A DNA stretch of 32,931 nt, taken from Anaerolineae bacterium (lineage in GTDB: Bacteria; Chloroflexota; Anaerolineae; S140-20). The position numbers were made by a program, and so were the translations under genes. The notes beneath the pieces are model-generated. The model had not been told where the DNA came from. It ran no database searches and saw nothing but the letters and a program-made list of their open reading frames with translations. Of the stretch, positions 26,689 through 32,931 are shown piece after piece; positions within the stretch are counted from its first letter, which is position 1, and the number at the start of each line of letters is the position of its first letter. The stretch spans positions 1-32,931 of the forward strand of contig JALUTT010000109.1 in assembly GCA_027021705.1 (NCBI GenBank), in the 5' to 3' direction.

Positions 26689-27486
26689 TCACTCGATGGC
26701 CAGGGTATAGCCCACGCCACGCACCGTCACGATGTACTGAGGTGTGGTTGGGTCTGGTTCCACCTTTTTACGCAGGTGATGGATGTGCCACTTGATCAGG
26801 TCCCGAGCCTCGTAGGGCTCGGCACGGTATCCCAAGGCGTCCCGGACCAACTCCTGAGGGCTGACCACAGCCGGGGCCCGCTCAACCAGGCAGGCGAGGA
26901 TCTCAAACTCGGTGGGGGTCAGGTCCAGAGGACGACCGTGCATAAACGCCCGGTACTGGTCCCGATCAATGCGGAAGGGACCAACCTCCAAGGGACGAGG
27001 TTGGGAGGAGACCGTTTCCGCCGGAGTGAGGGGACCGGCGTCACCCTGCAGCGCCCGCAGGGTGGCCACATCCCGCTCCAGTTGCCGGATCAGCGCGTTG
27101 ACCCGGATCTCCCGTTGGCGCTTACCCAACCCCTCCCGCACGCTCCTCAGCAGATCGTCCAAGGAGAAGGGCTTGAGCAGATAATCGTGAGCGCCCAGAC
27201 GAAGGGCCTGGATGGCCGAGTCCAAGGTGGCGTGGGCCGTCAGTATGATGGCCACCGTCTGAGGGGAACGCTGCCGCAATTCTTGGAGGAAGGCCAGCCC
27301 TCCCATCCCCGGCATCTTCAGGTCAATCAACGCCAGGTCGAAGGTGAAGAGCTGGATCTGACGCAAGGCATCCTCGCCGCTGGCAGCGGTGGTCACCTCA
27401 TAGCCCGCCTTGCCCAACGCTCTCTCCAGAGCGTGGCGAACACCCGCCTCATCATCCACGACCAGAATGGCAGCCGGCTCAGCCAT
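26689..27486 (-). CDS. Response regulator: receiver, helical linker, OmpR-type winged helix
   Basis: ILVVDDE, IDLKMPG, GAHDYLLKPF, LTPTEFEIL, TVRGVGY; SD gaggaggg. Confidence 0.93.
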   Translation of the reverse strand: MAEPAAILVVDDEAGVRHALERALGKAGYEVTTAASGEDALRQIQLFTFDLALIDLKMPGMGGLAFLQELRQRSPQTVAIILTAHATLDSAIQALRLGAHDYLLKPFSLDDLLRSVREGLGKRQREIRVNALIRQLERDVATLRALQGDAGPLTPAETVSSQPRPLEVGPFRIDRDQYRAFMHGRPLDLTPTEFEILACLVERAPAVVSPQELVRDALGYRAEPYEARDLIKWHIHHLRKKVEPDPTTPQYIVTVRGVGYTLAIE

Positions 27487-27591
27487 ACCCCTCCTCTTGC
27501 CACAAGATGACAGTAGCCCATAAAGCGAGATAACCCTTCCGGGGGAGATGACCGGTAAGTCACCCCCACCACTGGGTGGTCCCCTCCGATA

Positions 27592-27620
27592 AACATAACA
27601 TAGCTGGCTCTCTCTGTCAA
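27592..27620 (-). promoter_or_regulatory. sigma70-type promoter of the response regulator
   Basis: Minus strand TTGACA-N17-TATGTT with extended TG. Confidence 0.65.
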
Positions 27621-27793
27621 ATCCCGATCAACGCTCGAACCCTGGAGATTCCCGAGATCCAAAAAGCGGCCCTGGGAGACAACAGGTTCGCCTGGGTGAA
27701 AAGGCCCCGCGGAGCCCCCAGGAATCCGGGTTTCCGCTTGAGCATTGATAGGCCCTACCGGACATATCCAGACTGTAAAAGAGCCCGGTAGCG

Positions 27794-27802
27794 TGGTATA
27801 AT
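27794..27802 (+). promoter_or_regulatory. Extended -10 promoter upstream of amrS
   Basis: TG-g-TATAAT about 50 bp before the start; -35 is weak. Confidence 0.6.
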
Positions 27803-27854
27803 CTGTAAGGAAGCCCCGGTCAGCCGGTATGAGGGGGGCAGGAGGTATGGAGAG

Positions 27855-28898
27855 ATGCCGCAACGACGCGAGGCTATGGTGTATGAAAAACTTGACGAGA
27901 AGGCTGTCCGCTGTCACCTATGCGCTCACCGTTGCCTCATCCGGGATGGACGGAAGGGAATCTGCCTAGTGCGGGAGAACCAGAATGGTACTCTCTACAC
28001 CCTGGTCTACGGGCAAGCCGTCGCCATCCACGTGGATCCCATTGAGAAGAAACCCCTCTACCACTTCTATCCGGGCACCAGCGCTTACTCGGTCGCTACG
28101 GTGGGGTGCAACTACCGCTGCCAATGGTGCCAGAACTGGGAGATCTCCCAGGCAGTCCGGGAGGAACACCTCCTCTTCGGCAGCCTAGAAGCACCTCCAG
28201 AGCGGCTGGTACGGGAAGCGCGACGCACCCAGTGCCGTAGCATTGCCTACACCTACACAGAACCAACCATCTTCTTCGAATACGCCTACGACACCGCCCG
28301 CCTGGCCCACAGCGTAGGCATCGCCAACGTCTTCGTCACCAACGGGTACATGACCGAGGAGGCGCTGGAGATCATCCAGCCCTATCTGGATGCGGCCAAC
28401 GTGGACCTGAAAGCCTTCCGCGATGAGACCTACCGCAAGCTCATCGGTGCCCGCCTCCAGCCGGTGCTGGAGACGCTGAAGAGGATGAAGGAACAGGGTA
28501 TCTGGCTGGAGGTGACCACCCTCGTCGTGACCAATGTCAACGATGACGAAGGGGAGCTACGGGAGATCGCCCGCTTCATCAGCCAGGAGCTGGGACCTGA
28601 CGTCCCCTGGCACGTCAGCCGCTACCATCCAGCCTTTAAAACGGATGAACCTCCCACCCCCATCACCACGCTGGTCCGGGCCTGGGAGATCGGACGGGAG
28701 GAAGGACTGCATTACGTCTACGTGGGAAACGTCCCCGGCTGGGCAATGCCCGCTGGCGTCCGGGGCGAAAGCACCTACTGCCCCCGGTGTAACACCCTGC
28801 TCATCAACCGCACAGGCTACTTCATCACGGCCAACCGGGTGCGCAACGGGGCCTGCCCCCGTTGCAGCACCTCCATCGCTGGCGTGGGCTTGGGCTGA
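27855..28898 (+). CDS. amrS: AmmeMemoRadiSam system radical SAM enzyme
   Basis: CHLCAHRC..GICLVR, VDPIEKKPLYHF, CNYRCQWCQNWEISQ, AYTYTEP, YVYVGNV, C-terminal CPRC pairs. Confidence 0.93.
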   Translation: MPQRREAMVYEKLDEKAVRCHLCAHRCLIRDGRKGICLVRENQNGTLYTLVYGQAVAIHVDPIEKKPLYHFYPGTSAYSVATVGCNYRCQWCQNWEISQAVREEHLLFGSLEAPPERLVREARRTQCRSIAYTYTEPTIFFEYAYDTARLAHSVGIANVFVTNGYMTEEALEIIQPYLDAANVDLKAFRDETYRKLIGARLQPVLETLKRMKEQGIWLEVTTLVVTNVNDDEGELREIARFISQELGPDVPWHVSRYHPAFKTDEPPTPITTLVRAWEIGREEGLHYVYVGNVPGWAMPAGVRGESTYCPRCNTLLINRTGYFITANRVRNGACPRCSTSIAGVGLG

Positions 28899-29062
28899 GC
28901 ACCTCCTCAGTCAATGGACTTCTCGATCCCGTCGGCACTCTCGGCGAGGCCCTGACAGGGCTGATCCCTCGGCGCCACTGGCCGGTAGGGAGCGGAGGAA
29001 TGTCGGACCTCGGACCTCGGACCCCGGATCCACACCCACTGCCAAGTGTCAAGGAGGAAGCT

Positions 29063-30700
29063 ATGGAGAAGCAGAAGACCGTTGTTGCCGGTGCGCTAGG
29101 TGAGTGCGTCCACGTGGCCGGTGTGATGAACTTCTTGCGGCTGGCCGAGCAGGCTGGATGGAAAACCATCTTCCTGGGACCAGCCGTCCCGCCGGAGCGG
29201 CTCCTGGAGGTGGCCCGCCAGTACCAGGCCGACCTGGTCGGCGTCTCCTATCGGCTGACGCCGGAGACCGGAGAGCGACTCCTGGGGCAATTTGCAGAGG
29301 AGGCTTCCGACCTGTACGAAGCCGGGGTCCGTTTCGCCTTCGGAGGCACCCCGCCGGTGGCGGAGCGGGCCCGAGCGCTGAGATTCTTCGATGCTGTCTT
29401 CGACGGTACCGAGACCCAGGATCAAGTGATCGCCTACCTGCGGGGAAGCGGCGGCACGCCCACCGAGGCTGACTATCCTCAGACGCTGGTCGAACGGATC
29501 GCCTGGAAGGCCCCCTACCCCGTCCTCCGCCACCATTTCGGCCTTCCCACCATGGAAGCGACCATCGAGGGCATCAAGAAGATCGCCGAAGCCCACGTAC
29601 TAGACGTGATCTCCCTGGGGATAGACCAGGACGCCCAGGAGAACTTCTTCCATCCAGAGCGGCAGGACCCGCGCCGCAAGGGGGCCGGTGGCGTCCCCGT
29701 CCGCTCTCCCGATGACTACCGGGCGCTCTACGCTGCCTCCCGGCGAGGGAACTACCCCCTGATGCGCACCTACTCGGGGACCGACGACTTCATCCGTCTG
29801 GCCGAAGTCTACGTGGAGACCATCAACATCGCCTGGGCAGCCATCCCCCTCTTCTGGTTCAACCAGATGGATGGGCGAGGACCGTGGGACCTGGAGGGCT
29901 CCATCCGGGAGCATCAGAAGCTGATGGCCTGGTACGGAGAACGCAACATCCCGGTGGAACTCAACGAACCCCACCACTGGGGGATGCGGGACGCGCCCGA
30001 CGTCATCGTTGTCGTCAGCGCCTACCTCTCCGCCTACAACGCCAAAGCCTACGGCGTGCGCGACTACATCGCCCAGATGATGTTCAACAGTCCAGCGGGG
30101 CTTTCGGATGCGATGGACCTGGCCAAGATGCTGGCCTGTCTGGAGATCACCGCCCCGCTGGAGGACGAGACCTTCCGCATCTGGCGGCAGACGCGGACGG
30201 GGCTGCTCTCCTACCCGGTAGACGCTGAGGCGGCCCGGGGACAACTGGCCGCGTCGGTCTACCTACAGATGGCCTTGCGTCCCCACATCGTCCACGTCGT
30301 TGGTCACACCGAAGCCCACCACGCCGCCACCGCTGAGGACGTCATCGCCGCCTGCAAGATCGCCAGCCGGGCCATTGACAACGCCCTACGTGGCGCTCCC
30401 GATATGACCTGCGATCCGGCGGTACAGCGGCGCAAGGAGGAATTGGTGGCTGAGGCCCAGGTGACGCTAGACGCGATCCGGGCGCTGGCCAGCCCTGGCG
30501 TGGAGGACCCGCTGGCCGACGCCAGGACCCTGGCCCGCGCCGTAGAGGTTGGCATTATGGATGCCCCCCACCTGCGCAACAATCCCTTCGCCCGGGGAGA
30601 GATCGTCACTTCAATCATAGATGGAGCCTGCGTCGTCGTGGACCCGGAGAGCTACTGCCCCCTCACCGAAGCGGAGCGGCTGAGCAGGCTGGCGATATAG
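29063..30700 (+). CDS. Cobalamin-binding protein: B12 domain fused to a glutamate mutase E-like barrel
   Basis: GECVHVAG..LG..VGVS..GG B12 Rossmann domain; downstream blocks colinear with recalled GlmE; SD aaggagg. Confidence 0.8.
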   Translation: MEKQKTVVAGALGECVHVAGVMNFLRLAEQAGWKTIFLGPAVPPERLLEVARQYQADLVGVSYRLTPETGERLLGQFAEEASDLYEAGVRFAFGGTPPVAERARALRFFDAVFDGTETQDQVIAYLRGSGGTPTEADYPQTLVERIAWKAPYPVLRHHFGLPTMEATIEGIKKIAEAHVLDVISLGIDQDAQENFFHPERQDPRRKGAGGVPVRSPDDYRALYAASRRGNYPLMRTYSGTDDFIRLAEVYVETINIAWAAIPLFWFNQMDGRGPWDLEGSIREHQKLMAWYGERNIPVELNEPHHWGMRDAPDVIVVVSAYLSAYNAKAYGVRDYIAQMMFNSPAGLSDAMDLAKMLACLEITAPLEDETFRIWRQTRTGLLSYPVDAEAARGQLAASVYLQMALRPHIVHVVGHTEAHHAATAEDVIAACKIASRAIDNALRGAPDMTCDPAVQRRKEELVAEAQVTLDAIRALASPGVEDPLADARTLARAVEVGIMDAPHLRNNPFARGEIVTSIIDGACVVVDPESYCPLTEAERLSRLAI

Positions 30701-30821
30701 CAGCCCGGCGAACGTCGGCACAGCGAATAGCAGCCGGCAGCATCACGGCTGGCGGTATGCCGTCCGCGCAATGGGTATCACGCCCCTCGTCTCATCCGAT
30801 GTTTGTACAAAAGGAGGTGCA

Positions 30822-31925
30822 ATGGAGAAGATTCGCTACACCGTCATTGGTGCTGGCCACGGTGGCAAGGCGATGGCCGCCCACCTGGCCCTGATGGGAT
30901 TCCCCGTAACGCTGTTCAACCGCACACCAGAGCACGTCGCCTCCATCAAGGCTCGAGGGGGGATCGAACTCCACAGCCAGAATGGAGACATCCAAGGGTT
31001 TGGTCAGCTGCAGCACGTCACCTCGGACTACGCGGAAGCGTTGGCCGAGGCCGACATCGTGATGGTCGTCACCCCCTCAACCGCCCATCGGGAGATCGCC
31101 TCCCGCGCCGCCCCCCACCTGCGCGACGGTCAGATCATCGTCTTGAACCCAGGGCGCACGCTGGGAGCCATCGAGTTTCGCCACATCCTGCGAGAGAAAG
31201 GCTGCACAGCCCAGGTGATTGTGGCCGAGGCAGCGACCTTCATCTACGCCAGTCGCAGTGAGGGGCCGGCCCAGGCCCGCATCTTCCGTATCAAAGAGGC
31301 GGTGCCCCTGGCCGCCCTGCCGGCCACCGACACACCGCTGGTGTTGGAACGGTTGCGTTCAGCCTACCCTCAGTTCATTGACGGTGAGAATGTACTGAAG
31401 ACGAGCTTGGACAACATGGGGGCCATCTTCCACCCGGCCCTGACGATCCTCAACGCTGGCTGGATCGAGAACAGTGGGGGCAACTTCCAGTTCTACATTG
31501 ACGGCGTCACCCCCTCAGTCGCCCGCGTCCTGGAGGTGTTAGACCGGGAGCGGGTGACGGTGGCCTCGGCCTTGGGCATTCGAGCCCAGACGGGGCTGGA
31601 ATGGCTGCGCATGGCCTACGACGCCCGGGGCTCCAACCTGTACGAGGCGATCCGCCGGCAGCCTGGTTACTACGGCATCAAGGCCCCCACGTCTCTGGAG
31701 CACCGGTACATCTTCGAAGATGTGCCGATGAGCTTGGTCCCTATCGCCTCCCTGGCCCGACGCTACGGTGTCTCCGTGCGGGGAATGGAAGCGATCATCC
31801 TGTTGGCCAACTTCATCCACCGCACCGACTACTGGCGGCGGGGACGCACGCTGGATCGGCTGGGGATCGAGAACCTAAGCGTCAGCGAGCTGACCCGCTA
31901 CGTCACCGAGGGAGACCTCACCTAG
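30822..31925 (+). CDS. NAD/NADP octopine/nopaline (opine) dehydrogenase family protein
   Basis: GAGHGG, NPGRT, FIYASR, NMGAIFHP, FYIDG, HRYIFEDVPMSLVP; SD aaggaggt. Confidence 0.92.
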   Translation: MEKIRYTVIGAGHGGKAMAAHLALMGFPVTLFNRTPEHVASIKARGGIELHSQNGDIQGFGQLQHVTSDYAEALAEADIVMVVTPSTAHREIASRAAPHLRDGQIIVLNPGRTLGAIEFRHILREKGCTAQVIVAEAATFIYASRSEGPAQARIFRIKEAVPLAALPATDTPLVLERLRSAYPQFIDGENVLKTSLDNMGAIFHPALTILNAGWIENSGGNFQFYIDGVTPSVARVLEVLDRERVTVASALGIRAQTGLEWLRMAYDARGSNLYEAIRRQPGYYGIKAPTSLEHRYIFEDVPMSLVPIASLARRYGVSVRGMEAIILLANFIHRTDYWRRGRTLDRLGIENLSVSELTRYVTEGDLT

Positions 31926-31939
31926 TCCCTGCCAACGAA

Positions 31940-31973
31940 GGTGCCCGGCACCCATCCGTGGATGCCGGGCACC
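31940..31973. repeat. REP-like hairpin
   Basis: ggtgcccggcaccca-tccg-tggatgccgggcacc, one mismatch. Confidence 0.7.
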
Positions 31974-32008
31974 GCCTATTCAACCCACCAAAAAGGAGGT
32001 CAAAGCCT

Positions 32009-32530
32009 GTGCTCTCTTCTCCCTTCCGCTTCTGTCCCTACTGCGGTCACGAACTGGTCTGGAAGCAACCCAATGGCGACCATCGGCCTCGGCAGGTCTG
32101 CCGGGCCTGCGACCGCATCCTCTACCGGAATCCTAAGCCCTGCGCCGGCGCGTTCATCGTGCGGGATGGGCGGCTCCTGCTGCTCCGGCGGAGCATCGAA
32201 CCCTACGCCGGCTGGTGGGACCTCCCCGGCGGCTTTATGGAGATTGACGAGACGCCCGAGGAAACGGTGCTCCGAGAGGTGCGGGAGGAGACGGGGTTAG
32301 AGGTACGCCTGACGGGGTTGCTGGGGCTCTACCTGGACAGCTACGGGCCTGAGGACGTGACCCTCAACATCTACTTCTTGGCCGAGCCGGTGGCCGGGGA
32401 ACCGCGCCCGCTCTCTGAAGCCAGCGAGGTCCGCTGGTTCGCCCCCGACGAACTGCCCCAGAACGTGGCCTTCCCGAGCCACAGCCGACATGCTCTCGCC
32501 GACTGGGCAGGTCAAATCCAGCGGCTCTGA
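32009..32530 (+). CDS. Nudix hydrolase with N-terminal zinc ribbon
   Basis: FCPYCG..CRAC, YRNP, Nudix box GGFMEIDETPEETVLREVREETG; GTG start after SD aaggaggt. Confidence 0.92.
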   Translation: MLSSPFRFCPYCGHELVWKQPNGDHRPRQVCRACDRILYRNPKPCAGAFIVRDGRLLLLRRSIEPYAGWWDLPGGFMEIDETPEETVLREVREETGLEVRLTGLLGLYLDSYGPEDVTLNIYFLAEPVAGEPRPLSEASEVRWFAPDELPQNVAFPSHSRHALADWAGQIQRL

Positions 32531-32687
32531 CTGGTTGGCATCCAGTACAACTTTCCTTCCTGTTCAGCCTTGGCTGCTGCCACAGCCTCAGCGATGACCG
32601 CCTCCAATCATAGCATATTTGCCTCATCCGTCAAGGAACGGGAAAGCGGTGTGACGCCGGGCACTAAACTGCCCGGCGGCGAAGCAG

Positions 32688-32764
32688 GCCGTCCACGAAT
32701 TTCTCACCAATGCACGAATGAGGCGGTCCTTAATTCGTGTATTCGTGCCCCATTCGTGGACGGC
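32688..32764. repeat. Long hairpin built from CACGAAT/ATTCGTG modules
   Basis: gccgtccacgaat (32688-32700) pairs perfectly with attcgtggacggc (32752-32764); inner arms also pair. Confidence 0.8.
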
Positions 32765-32868
32765 TCGTCTCCCTATCTCCAAAGATATGGGTAATCACCG
32801 CAACGTGATTGTTCCGAGTTTGGTGGAAGATTCAGAGGAGGCGAAGGGTCCCCCCATCTTGAGGGCTT

Positions 32869-32931
32869 TCAAGCAGCCACGAGTTCGGCGAGGTCGTAAT
32901 CGGCTGCCTGAGCGCCCAGCCAGCCCAAGAG
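32869..32931 (-). CDS. Probable 3' end of a gene entering from the right edge
   Basis: Minus frame LLGWLGAQAADYDLAELVAA-TGA with coding-like codons; too short to identify. Confidence 0.45.
   Translation of the reverse strand, partial: LLGWLGAQAADYDLAELVAA

Noticed and set aside
28899..29062. Cobalamin riboswitch upstream of the B12 protein
   Set aside because: Only gccactg..ggga is present; the AGGGAA-CGGTG, ACTGT and terminal B12-box elements are missing.
28862..29062. N-terminal extensions in the ORF track (also radA to 5449, MNT to 11487, Nudix from 31601)
   Set aside because: They run through repeats, promoters or neighbouring genes, while downstream starts have strong SD sequences and coincide with domain starts.
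11638..31925. Opine dehydrogenase plus family 5 ABC transporter as a staphylopine-like metallophore system
   Set aside because: They are about 9 kb apart in separate operons, and no nicotianamine synthase-like gene is present.

Overview
High-GC bacterial chromosomal window, probably Chloroflexota (Anaerolineae-like). That is an inference from C-terminal xLPLV motifs, a Pro/Thr-rich kinase-FGE protein and a GAAC-N4-GTTC LexA box. Genes in order: 3' end of a DxDxDG (thrombospondin type 3-like) repeat surface protein; GNAT; truncated sulfotransferase; Gfo/Idh/MocA oxidoreductase; radA; DUF2207-like membrane protein plus OmpR-type two-component pair; MNT-HEPN toxin-antitoxin module; peptide/nickel-type ABC operon with embedded hydantoinase/oxoprolinase B and A; Ser/Thr kinase-FGE protein; secreted HExxH metalloprotease; orphan response regulator; then amrS, a B12-binding protein, an opine dehydrogenase and a Nudix hydrolase. 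Two things stand out. (1) The B12 protein looks like a single-chain glutamate-mutase (GlmS+GlmE)-like enzyme that lacks the glutamate-binding residues and sits next to an opine dehydrogenase. (2) A family of ~97-bp units with 13-14-bp terminal inverted repeats brackets two promoters, and an apparent unit-free copy of one of those promoters lies 11 kb away. Intergenic gaps hold many REP-like palindromes and collapsed gene remnants. No rRNA, tRNA or CRISPR array was seen. All alignments were done by eye; no searches were run.
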